This document shows positions 49,269 to 61,869 of a stretch of 64,000 nt of DNA, piece by piece (the first letter of the stretch is position 1; each line of letters begins with the position of its first letter). Source of the stretch: Marsupella aquatica (taxonomy: Eukaryota; Plantae; Marchantiophyta); NCBI GenBank assembly GCA_973895155.1, contig OZ316896.1, positions 6,962,232 through 7,026,231 on the forward strand. Direction: 5' to 3'. Under the pieces are notes generated by a model that worked only from the letters and a program-made list of their open reading frames with translations, was not told the DNA's origin and ran no database searches. The position numbers and the translations under genes are program-made.

Positions 49269-52200
49269 TTACACTTCCACAGATCTTTGATCTTGTTGAT
49301 GTCCTGCAAGCCAACTCCAGACTCCTGCACTGGGCTTTTGAGCTGCATTGGCAGCAGCTTCCTCAGAAGCTGCTCTCTGTCGAAGTACGAGGTCCAATTC
49401 CTTTTGTAGCGAATCCACTGCTTGCACCTTTTGCCTTAACTCCAAAACATCCACCTGTCCAACATTTAGAGAAGTGTAAGAAGGCACAGTTGCATCAAAG
49501 GGCTCCCACCAACACAGACACCCTTAATCTTTGGTACTCTTTAAATTGAGCAATAACCGTCATTTACAGTAAATTTTACGGCCAGTTTTGGCTGAAGGCA
49601 CGGTCTATTCAATCACATCTTTATCGTACTGGCTGGTAAAGGACAGGCTCACAAAGATGAGGCCAGGGCCGGGAAAGGGGGCCAATAACTTTTTCCCAAA
49701 ACACTTGGCCTTCGAATTGTTCTCTGCCCATGAAAGAGAATCCGATCTCCGTTTATTTTCATAGTGGCAACAATCTATTTGGGATAGAAAGAACCCCGAC
49801 AAGGTCCCGAGGGCATCCAATCTGCAGGAAGGTAAAAGGGTGAGGGGGAAGGAAGTGGATCTATGGATAGACAACCCTGATTTTGTTGATGAGTAGCGTA
49901 CCTCTAGCCTAAAGCATCTAGACTGTTCCGCAGCCAGTTGTCCACGAACAGCAACCAACTCCTGCACGACGACCAGTTGAGTGGAAATCAGTAAATCATT
50001 GTTGAGTTACCCCTGAAATATTTTCATACGGGATAGTTCATGCCGCAGCCTCCTCCCCTGGGTCTCATTTCCTTTTTCTGCTAGATGTGGAGAAATCGTT
50101 GCAAACCTCTCTAAAAGGTGGTCAAGCTGAGCATAGCTGAGGGCTTGCCAGATATCAAGACTGCCTAAGTATTTCCGCCCATCAGCATTGACAATGTTAC
50201 TGGTATCTTATGCCATCAGTTCTTCAAAGACTTTTATCTTAACCCCCGATCCTTATGGTTGAAGGTCTTGACCAACCTTCTCCAAGTCACAGTTTTCTTG
50301 TACCACAATAGCCAACTCTTGATTGACTTGTGAAACCTCCAATTGGGCTACCTGCAACTGATCTTGCAACTGAGCATTATCATCGAGAGTAGCATCCGCT
50401 TGATCCTACATGCAACCACGAATGTTTTAAGGACGAAGCGAAATATTTATTTTATCAATAAATATTGAGAAATTGAATGCATTACACATTACAAAATGCA
50501 AGTTACCAGGATGCTCATATTTACCACAACTTCCTGAATGGAGGTTTCATTCCCAACATTTTGCATATCTATGCTCTGCGACTTCACTTTCGGTAATTCA
50601 TTTGTCGAGGATTGAGGTGCAACCGTTTGTGCCTGTTCAATGTTAATATCACCATGGGGTGAAGGTAGTGATATTACTGCATGAGACTGTAAAACAGCAA
50701 AAGCAGCAGCAGCAGATGCTGCTGCAGCAGCTGCTGCCGCGGAGTGGAGAACTTTATGCTTTGCCTTCCCAACCGAGCCCGTCCTCAAAACATGGACCTG
50801 CAGTGCCAGAAAGAGAGGTTTCAAACCTTTCTAAGCTCTTGCTTCCACACACAGCAAAGTAAGACATGCCTAGAAGGAAATATTGGGGCTAAAAGCCAGC
50901 TTTGAAATCTTTGAATAAAACATACAAACCTCGTTGCTATAACGTCCATTGTATCCACCAAACGATATCAACGATGTACCACCCTCAGAAAATGAGGCAA
51001 CGACACTCAGACCCTGCCATGAAAGAGTGCTGTACTGTAAAGAATGGACAATCCAACCAATTTCAAGGCCAAGCACTACATGAAAACCAGATGTGGCACG
51101 TTGCAAAGACTGAGCAAAATTACTTCACCTCACTAGCAATTGAAGTTCTTCCCTGTTCAGTGGCTACTATGTCCCATACCAGATTCGTCATATTCAACAC
51201 CAAAGTGTCAGAGATACCTGCTTAGCAACAGGTAAAAACTGTAAAAACATCAGTGCATCTTAAACGAAGCCACATCAGGACCTTACGACCACAAGGTAAT
51301 CAGTCAACATTAAGAAGCTTTCATCCCAACGTTGCAAGGACATATTTTCACCTCACTACTTTACGCTACATCTTTTAGGTAGTGAGTCCTAAATTTCTAG
51401 AAAAGTGTTTGTGATACTTTCTGGAAACCTCTGAACGTGTGGCTACTAAAAGGATAGACACACCGGGAGTAATTATACCGCTTTTATTATCACCGCCCCC
51501 CATGATATACCACTGGTCACCTACAGTGACTGCAGCATGTCCAGCGCGAGGTGACGGTATAAAGCCCTGTTGTGGGGGTTGTGACCACACCATCTGAACG
51601 AATCAACAGCACAGCACCAGCGAATCAAGTAACGGTACTCAAAAACGCAACCAGAACTTATTTGATTAATTGCAATAGAAAGAAAAAAATAGAGCGAGCT
51701 ATACTCGACTCACTCGCCAGAAACAACAAGTCCAACAACACAACACTAACAGGCACCCTTGGGGTTGATAAGCGGATATTGTGCTGAGATGGATGCTGCA
51801 GATATGATTACAAATCCACCAGGTTGTCATGAAAATTTCGGGATCCTACCGCTCGATTCATGTCAAGTCATATTGGAAGTTTGCAAATAGACCAAAGGTA
51901 GTCTGAACGGCTTCTTTGCCGGCGGATGTTTTGGATAGAATAACAAAGAAACGGCCTTAGCCTTGTACAATGTGAAAAATGATCTCGTATAGGTGGGCCG
52001 AGGTAAGTAAATCTTACTGTTTCAAAGTCAAGGACATGTAGATCATTGAAGCAGCTTGAATGTGACCCACCACCAAAAACAAAAAGATAGCGATCAGCAT
52101 GTAAAGCTGCAGCATGATCAGAGCGTGGAGATGGAGATCTACCCCTGTTAGAATTCAAACGAATATAAGGATGTCAGATGACTACACTCAAGCGTTTGTG

Positions 52201-55200
52201 ACACACAACATTTACTGCCGACTAGATAATGCAATAACAGAATGCCTTACCGTGCCTCAATTGCATCCCATGTCATTGTCTCCAGATCCAAGATATTAAG
52301 ATCATTGTACAAACGCCTCTTGGAGTCCTCTCCACCAAACATTACAAGGCTAGTGCCTACTTTTGTCACCGTTTGGCCTCCTCGAGCAACCTGTATACCA
52401 CAGGACATGGTGAATCTCTTCCCTGCGGCAATTAAGTTTCCTTCACATAACATCCAAATGATTGCTTGGTGGGAGACATACCGGAGACTGTCCAAAAGAT
52501 GGAAGTATTGACCAGGATGCTGACGCTGGATCAAAAGATCGAACTGCAGGAGACCAAACAGTGACAAGCTGATGATTATCAACCTGAGACCAAAAAACAG
52601 TATGCCAATAACTCTGATCGGACAACTTGCACAACAGCGACCAATCTCGTAACAAACGCTTACACACCTGTAACCAGATCAGATGATTCTTTTGAATGCC
52701 CAGCTACCATAAGAAGTTTCTCATCCCACAGAACCTGGATGCCACAATTCCAAAGTTTGAACACGGTTAGTTTTGATACTTGATAAATAGGAGAAGCCGT
52801 TAGAAAGATTCAGGGTTAGCAATCAAGACGGCTCAGTAATGCGAGGATGAGAACCTAGATTTCTTGTCAGGTTAATCAAATCTTGCTTACTGTACAGGCT
52901 CATGAATATGCGACATATATACCAGACTGTGGCCAGCACATGGAGGAAAATGTATGAGCAATTGGTTCAGTGATGCAGAGCTGCTCAGTTTCTGTTCCAC
53001 CTTAGACCACGTCAAGGTGTCCAAATCCAACTCCTGCACAGCCGATGCTAGACAATTTAACACATGGATGACAAATTTTAATCCCCGCACAACCTGCACA
53101 CGGGTTAGACGTTTTCACCCCTTTTAACTAACCCAGTTTCTTGGGGGCTTGATAAACACGAAGTTGAACCTTATCTAAACTCCCCACACACCACTGACAG
53201 TCAGAGAAACTGAATGAAATTGACCTTTAAAATTGATACAAAGGAGCTGGGCCCCACAATAGAAGGGCCTGACTAGTGTGCAACAGGTGAGTCGACGGTA
53301 CCATCAATGTGAAGTTTAGATGTGTGAGCATCCTTACTGCTGTCCTAGGCAAAAATATGTTTATCCGAGTCAGTTTCTTTTGAATGTCCTTACGGAAGTA
53401 TTTTCAGTAGAAAAGGAACACGACATATCCTCAGATATTCTCCCTGGAGACAAAAAGTGAACACAAATTGAACTTACGTGAACATCGCTTAGGTATCGCC
53501 CATTATGATTGCCTCCAATGACAAACATCTTCTTTCCAACAACAGCTGCTGCATGCTGCAACTTCCAAGACAGTTATTTAGATCAAAACGGAAGTCCCTC
53601 ATGGCCCCTTCGAACAAGCAATCCCTCTTTGGCTTTTTGGGCTTTTTATGTTGAAACATCCCATTTTACCATTTTCCTTTCCCATCATATTTTTGGACTG
53701 AAAAGCATATCTGTATCTGCTCCAATTGACAAAATATATATGTACCCATATGTCACCGAGAAGAGTTGGAAACTTACTCGCGGTAGATCTCACATACATC
53801 AAGGACCTGTGGATTTGTTTGAAGACTAATTCCAAGTAATCGGCTGACTTCAAGAAAAAATTTCTCTCTTTGTTTTCCACAACTAATTGATTTCAAAACA
53901 GGACTGCAATAGTTGCCATGATATAAATTTTAAAATTGAAGGACGGGAGCTCGACATCAGACACCAAATTCTGGGAGCGGAGCTAATCTCAGCCAGAGTG
54001 GACACAAGAAGAGATTTATCGTTTTTAAAGACTCGGAATTTTCGACTCGTCCAAAGATTTTGCCCTTACAATCAAATTCAGTCTCCACCCAGAGTTCTGG
54101 TCACCTAAAACTTCCAGTTGAATTAGAAATAAGAGAGCGTTAATCCACTCGTAATTACTGCAACCACCCGACTTAGATGATGTGCCAAAATCTGAAGGTT
54201 TATCATCCTGCTGCATCAACGGCCAGGCTCATTGAGGGTGAATAATAAATATCTGGGCCGGGTTTAACATTCCCCTAAACATATCTGGAAATAGCTAACT
54301 GTGCCTGTTCTTAGGGTGGGATTCACACTGTATCCAAAGAAAGCTATCTCGTATACTCACTTTAGATTGCAAGCCAAGGACATGACCATATGTTTACAAA
54401 CAAGCTTGTGAATATCCAATTAGCTTGGCGGGAGCTAGTAGTAAGGTACACACAGCACGGCTTCAGGTCATGACCCTACTTGCCTAACCGTTGTCCAGAG
54501 TACAGAAAATGATGAACGTTCCAGCGTATGATTTGCAATAAGTTCCACGAGTGACAAATTTCGTCCTGCTCAGAATAATGCAGCAAGGAAGGACGGCTGG
54601 CTACTTTGCGTTCAGGCGTTTCGAATCAATCCATGCAAAACTCTCAATTCTTCAACGCAAAACAACACAACGATATCCCAGAGAAAGTGACAAACCTGAT
54701 AGCGTGCAGCTGGACGACGGCCTAATATCGTGGGAGAAATCCAGCAATTGTAAACTTTGGCAGTTTCAGGCTCAGTAATAAGAACTCTATGCTCTGGTGT
54801 CCTCTCATGTCCGTTGAGAGGGACAGCTCCATTGGATGAAGCCAAAATCATAAGTGCTGGCGGGGTAATTTCGCCTTGTTGAAAATCAAGTTCGTCGATC
54901 TGTTCAGCATTTAGCTTCTCTGCTTCTGCCAAGGTAGGCTGGAAAAAACATATCCATGTCAGTGAAGATGACTGTCCAACCAACCAATTGGGATATATCT
55001 GATGTCCATCCTGGACGGTCCTTACCTCGTCCCGATCTCACAAGCGAAGTCGGAAGTCTATTCCAGAAAAGTTTGTCTATTCCAGAAAAGTATTCTAAAA
55101 ACCTTACAGAGTCTCTAATGTTGCTCGCACACACATAAAGAGTTACGCCTGGGTGTCTGTCAGACTAGACCTCAAGTTTGGACACTATGGTTCAGACAAA

Positions 55201-58200
55201 GAAACCAAAACACATTTTCGAAGAATGCACTTGCCTGTTCGTTGCTTACAGGAACTTCCTCATCGTGAGCATTTGTCCACCATTCTGGATTCTGGTCACC
55301 AGGAGAGGACTTCTCTTCTTGTGCTTTACTGAACCAGTCCGGATCTTCTTCCTACAAGTTGGATCCAAAACAGGTTGTTCAGAGAATCCTCCCTTCCGAG
55401 ATATGAAACTAGAAAAACAAACGACATGACACCACTTAGTCTATAAGACGATCGAAGAATGTATCACAGCATACGTAGCAGCATAGCTTAATTTAAACAA
55501 AAGTTGGCATTTTGCAATTACAGCATTAGCCCAAGAAGAACACGGTCCAACTTAGCATTCTACCATGTGGTGCATGTTCGAAACATCAAGGAGTGCGAAA
55601 AGTATCTGTGCAGGAATTTTACTTCGTTTGCCCACAGTACCTTTTCAGGCCATCCTCTCACTCAATCTGCTTGTCTAGACAAAAAGGCATGGATTCAACA
55701 TCTTATCACATTCTGTTTAGGATGAAGATCGCACTCATTTACTTTTCACCTTCCTATATTTACAAAGAAAGGTTGCAACCCTTACTCCTCGGAGATTGCT
55801 GCCTCAGAAATTTCGAAGGCTTCATCAGCGAGTTCTTAAAGAAAACTCGACTGACCCAGGAAGATAAACAAAGAATGCCCTTGGACCTTCTGATAAACGT
55901 CTCTACAAGTGATCCACAACCCTCAGTCTCCCGAGTTTTTGTTCAACCATTGACTCCTATTTCCTACACTAAGTACTTTGCTCTCACTGGCTTGAAAATA
56001 CCCGGATATTTGAAAAAAGGTCTGAACGGGAAGATAATCCTCCAGCCAGCGGACAGATTTGACAACCTGACAAGACGTAGCCACCCAAAAACAAGAACTC
56101 CTCTTCGTATGGAGGAACCCAGTCGTCACAAAGCCTAGCTGGCTCTTTACTAACTTTCTTCAGTTGGTTGGAGATCTCTAGCACTCAATCTAGATCTTTC
56201 TTTGTGAAGCATATCCTAGTAGAACGAGAAAGAATGCCAACACCACTCACGCATTAGAACTAAAGCCACCATAGAAATTGCTTTAAGGATCCTACTGCCC
56301 ATGCGATCCTCTATTTCATCCGTGCTTGACAATACCATGAATGGGGACACGAAACCTCTACTTGATCAAATTATCCCGAATGAACTGGAAGTCATGCAAT
56401 CTATGTTACAAATTCTGAGTCCAAACAGTTGACAGATAGAAAATCTTGAATTTGCCTGAAGCCGGAGAGACCCCACTAGCTAACGAAAATCATCTAAAGG
56501 ATAGGAAATGAGGACATAGAAAGTGGCGGAGAGAGAAATACACAGACTCACGTTACAATTGCAACATCAGCTTTGATGCACTTGTGCATAATACCACAGG
56601 TTTCCAAACTTGAAATGAATGCATTGTAGTTTTTCAGAGCTGTCCTGACTCAACACATTCATAAGCTTCAAAATGGAGCAAATAACTCACACGACCGAAA
56701 AGTAAGAAAAGCCAATCTTTTTCCAAGGGAAAAGGAGATGACTCAAAATATACATCTTTCAAAGTTCTCACCTCCAAAGTTCGAACAAAGAGCCTCATTG
56801 CTTCTGTGGACGGCATCTTCCCTAATTGGTTCCAACTGTCAAAGTCGAAACAGAACAATTTTATCAGCGGAGTTAGATTCGGATGTATCTTCCTATGTCA
56901 GATTCTTGGACAACAAAAACGTTGTTATGACAGTTCAACTTTAGATTTTATGCAGACAGAGTGTCAATGCGCCGGTGATGCATTATAAATGTTTTCCATA
57001 CGAGTACATTTCAATTCAAGTAAGGATTGAGGAGCGATATATCGTAATTATGCCATTTTTGGTATCGATGTAACCAACAAATCAAAATGCATGAACAAAT
57101 TAAATTTGTCAGGGAAGCAACAAAATGGAACGTTGCAAGCGGCTCGACCTAACAGAGATCCTAAAGTCTATCTGGGAATTGCAGAATAGATTGTGACTTC
57201 ATACGTCGAAACGACTTACTTTGCCACGAATACAAACACCTCGAAGATTTCACAGACTGTAGTTGACCAGCGGCAATAGAGTGGAATTTTGCCAAATACC
57301 GAGTTGCTTGCTATCTCTTTGAACACGACTCTTAGAAGGATTCAACCACAATGCCAAACGGAAATCCTTGTGCAATTTTGCTCGAAAAACAGCCCCTTGG
57401 AGTTAGGAAATATAACCAATAAAGGCCATGGTAGCTCATCCGATGCCTCTAAAAAATAACTGAGGTTCTGAGATCAAGAAGGAATCCGGGACAAGCACGT
57501 CACCTTAAAAATTTTAACGAACTCCCGTTTCACAAGTTTTCCCATCTAAGCGATACAGATACTTTCAGCAGAATAGAATTCTTCATAACACCTCGTGTTC
57601 CTTACATTTTTTGCAAGAGATAGGCCGACAAGATGTGCCCAACGTCATAAAACGACTCCGCCAAACGATTCAGCAGGATACTTAGCCGCCGCGCGCAATT
57701 TGTTAACCTTGGAAAGGTAGGTAATGTTCTTAACAAGAGAGTCTCCAAAAAGCGGAAATATGAAGGGTGCATACAGATTGCGTCCACGATAGTGGCGTGG
57801 GGACAATGAGGAAACCAATTATATTACCTTGTCCACTTTGCGTGTTCGACGACATTCCAACTCCACGGCTTCGCTACATTGCAAGGTCCGACAGTCGCCT
57901 GGCGGGATTTGGAGATAACGCAGAAGCTTTGTGAGCTCCAGCTCACACAGAATTTCGAGCTATAATTCAAATCTTATTTAAACTGATGTCCGCGCCGAAC
58001 ATCGGAGACAATGCTGCGGTGCACATTAATGCATTATAATTTCTTGCTAGTTCTTTCTACCACCACGGATGAAGCTATCACTAGTCCATCCAAAAGTTTT
58101 TTCTGGAAACGATATACAGAAGAGATGTGCAAGTTGACCACAACTTCCTACAAATCAGAGCACTATCCAGGTATACCTGACCTGCTGATAAAGAGAATAC

Positions 58201-58370
58201 AAAAGAAGTGTTGTGTCGTCGGACAAGCTAATGGATGAAGACCTTGACGCCAATCGAGAAGCAGGGGCGAATCCTGCAAACGAAGCCGCCGCGAAGAAGC
58301 GATCGGGATATGGAAGAGCTATAGCTCCAGAATGCGACGGGCCCGGCACCCCAGTTTGTTGCTGCATCAT
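49269..58370 (-). CDS. ACBP4: Kelch-repeat acyl-CoA-binding protein (ACBP4/5 class)
   Basis: Multi-exon. ACB domain: LPYPDRFFAAASFAGF..LLLYSLYQQ / ATVGPCNVAKP / MPSTEAMRLFVRTLE / EEDPDW. Kelch repeats: HAAAVVGKKMFVIGGNHNGRYL, PPCAGHSL, ARGGQTVT..MFGGED, PRSDHAA..FGGGS, PRAGHAA..MGGGDN and SFGGYNGRYSNE. Coiled coil ELVAVRGQLAAEQSRCFRLE and terminal GVWSWLAG. Confidence 0.93.
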
Positions 58371-58885
58371 TATTTATGCCCTTTAATGTTTAGAGTTTAC
58401 TGTCGAGTACAATACGTTTGCAGATCGAAGCGAACGCGTATCAAATCATCAACGATGAGCACCAATTCATCGAGATCTGTGACTCCTCAAATCGATGTAA
58501 CGCGCTAACTTTGCCTCCTCGGAATCCCCTATTAAGCGGAAAGCTACCTCCGCAACCCAATTGCTATTCTTCGATCGGAGTAAATAGTCCATATAAATGT
58601 ACTTCAGTCCAAAGATATTTCGCAAACCCCTTTAGCCATGCAGCACACCGACCGGCAATGCCTCCAAATATTTACTCAATGAGTAAATCTGTACATTTTA
58701 TCATGTCCCGGTCTACCGTAGCCTCTCCTGCTCACTGCAAAACTGCTGCCCTGCGCAGAAGATTGGACTGATGGCCGAAACCGAGGCCTGCAGTAGACAA
58801 GCCAGGCGAATTACTTTTTACTCTCGTGCACAGGGACTTCCGAGTGGGTATATTCGCCTCTGCTTCCGGGGAGGAAAAAACTCAG

Positions 58886-59001
58886 AGGAAGACTCAAAAT
58901 GTCACACAGACCAAGAATGTCCCATTTACAGAGGAAGGTAAGTAGGAAGACTCAAAATGTCACACAGACCAAGAATGTCCGATTTGCAAAGGAAGGTAAG
59001 T
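58886..59001. repeat. 58-bp tandem duplication upstream of ACBP4
   Basis: AGGAAGACTCAAAATGTCACACAGACCAAGAATGTCC.ATTT.CA.AGGAAGGTAAGT x2. Confidence 0.9.
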
Positions 59002-59417
59002 GAGACCAAAATTGTGCAGGCTAGCATGCCTGGCAACAGTACCTTCCTACGCTCGTTCCTGACCAACCGTATGCGAGAGGTCATGCCAATCAGAACACAC
59101 GAAACAATGTCAATTGCTTAATTCTCACATACATGATGAGGTGGATTAAAAGCTTTCAATCTTTGCTGAGCATACTCAGTGCATTTCAGCAATGTGGAAC
59201 TTACCTTGCAATGTGAGTCCTCCTGATCGCATCAAACAATGACAATGGCGAGAGCAACACAACTCAGGAATGGCAATAACAAAACAACTCAAAAATGGCA
59301 ATGTCCACAAGGATCCATGCGACCAAATTGGAGTTTGCCATCAAACACTAAGTTCGAACTCCACAAAAATGTTGTACACACAAAACAACAAAAACATGCA
59401 ACAGTGTTTGCGCCAAT

Positions 59418-61375
59418 GTGTTACGGGAGACATGTAAAGTTACGGGTTAAAGACTTGGGCCACGGCACTCTCTTATGGGACCTAATTTGGTTTCCCGTAA
59501 TATTACTACCTGTCACCGTTACGGGCCACTTAAGGCCGACTCATAACGGGCTAATATAGGGCTTGTCAAAGCCTGGTCATAAGCAAAGTCTTATGGCCAT
59601 ATTAATTTAGCCATAAAATTATCTCAGGTCACTTTTACGGGCAGAGGTGGGTGATTTGACTCCTCCTATAAAGAGGAGCTACGGGGTAGGATGCAATGTC
59701 ATGGCTGAGCACAAAGCATGAGACAGTCTCGAGGACAGTCTGCCCAGGGGCGCAATTATTAATTATTTCAGACTGAGGTCTAAGTTTTGGCCAGGGGACA
59801 AACGCCATTCATATCATGATGATATGTTTCAGCAGCTGGTCAGGCACTTGGCTGATGTTTGGGACTGTTGACCGGATTGTTTCTAGATATTCCCATGAAT
59901 TTTGAGAGAGCACTGAGAGCAGAACAATCATCGAGAGACAGAAAAGCTTTCAATAATGGTAAGAATCTAGGTATTCCACACAAAAGACTCAATAAGAGAC
60001 GAAGAACTGGGTAATTGTAATGTGCGAGCAAACAGTAGAATTTTTGCTCGCACGGGCAAGATTTCACCTTGTGTTGGGGCCCAAAAAAGGTCTGGAATAT
60101 TCCTCGCTAGCATGGAGACCCTGTTCGATCAGTAAATATTGACGGCTACCCATGGACGATTCTAGTCCCGTGAACACACTAGATCCATTTCCGACCAATC
60201 AAAATGACATTTCTTCAGGCCAGCGAACCCTTTCTTCAGGCCAGCAAAATTGCTAGTCTAATGACGCCAACACATTGAGCCACTCAAACGAGGTACGGTC
60301 TCCACGTACAGGCTTCCACATGAGAAAATTCCCACCTGAGGAAGAGTAATAACAAAAAAGTCTGCGCAATTCCCACGTGAAAAGAATCAACGTCTCATTA
60401 TTGTCGAGGAAAGGAGGATTAAGGCCGTTTGGACACTAATTAAGTCACTTGCAAGTGAACTGGACACTTACCGTTCGAACCAGAGGCGAATCCAAGGCGG
60501 CGAACCGTCCACTTAAACAAAGCCGCTCACCCAAAAACCACCAGTCTTCCGAATCATTCTTCCGATCACTTCCACCGCGTCCGACTCGAGCTCTTTCATT
60601 CGGAACTGCTATCAGTGTTCCAAGTAGTCGAGATCCAGATCAGGTTAGCGCGGGTCTATGGTTCTGAGATGTTTTCAGTGAATCACTCTCTGACAAGGCA
60701 TGACATTCATCATATTTCATCGTGAATAGTGTTTCCATTTGTTGAATGCCGTTCTTCTTAATCACTGTTTTGGTTTCATAAGTGCAGAGAAATGTCAAGG
60801 GTTCCAAGCAATCCTCCTCAGGGGAAATGGCGACTTGAGATCCGTCGTTACAACCCGGCGACGGATGGCCCGTTAGAAGATGACTCTCCTCCGAAGTAGA
60901 AACCCGATGCAGAGACTGTGAAGGTCTCCGCAGACAGTAGTGTCCCAACTGCACTCGGTCAATCTGTTGGATCGTCATCATCATCGAGGAGAACACCGAC
61001 TCCTCCAAAGTTAATCCAAGTAGCAAAGTCTCCACCGAAGCCAAAGGTGGATACCACACAGCGCGAGGTTGTATTGAAGAGGAAGAGGCTCGCAGAAGAG
61101 GAGCAGTATTGGATTGAGAGGGAGATCTAAGACTACTGGACCAAGGAATGGATTACGATTTTGAGTCAAACACTGACTCCGATGCATGGAAGGCGGCCAG
61201 CCCCTGAGGGGAGAGTCAGGTTGTGGGTTTACTAAACGTTTCGTAGTTACAAGCGAATGACATGTCCTCATGTACTTTCAATATGTATGAGAAGTAAAGT
61301 TTGGGTGTTCCTGTCCTTTCTATGCGTTGCTCTGGAATGTCATTTTGTACATAGTACGTTTATTTGAGAGTCACA
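59418..61375. mobile_element. Possible LTR-like remnant
   Basis: Begins TGTTACGGG with repeated TTACGGG motifs and has CCTATAAA near 59665. Ends ..GTCACA. No TSD confirmed. Confidence 0.25.
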
Positions 61376-61869
61376 ATTGGACCCTTCCCAGACTAGCGAT
61401 ATTGCTAGTATAGAACTGCCTCTACATTTCAGATCAATCTTCGATGTGTTCATCTTAGATAATCAATTCGACAGAGTATTACCACAACAACTTCAGGGAA
61501 CACTTCCCTCCCAAGAATACATCCTGTCACTCTACAGTAAACTTTATTGCATCCAAAATTCCGTTGATCAGACTAGCGATCTCGCTAGCAAAAAACAGGC
61601 GTCATTTTAATGATCAAACCTTGAACTCTATACATACTTGTCGATAGGTTAACACGGCTGGAAGTCGGATGTTTCTGTCTGGATGTATCAGACTTCCTAA
61701 GACTAGAGAGATCGCTAGCCATAAAAAACAAACTCAAACACCATAAACGTTACCATTATGAACCTCGCTAACATTATGATTCACTCGGTGAAAACATATT
61801 GATATTTGTGAAACCATAAACTCGAGTAATCCATCCCACCACCCTATAATTAGCATCACCAATAAACGA

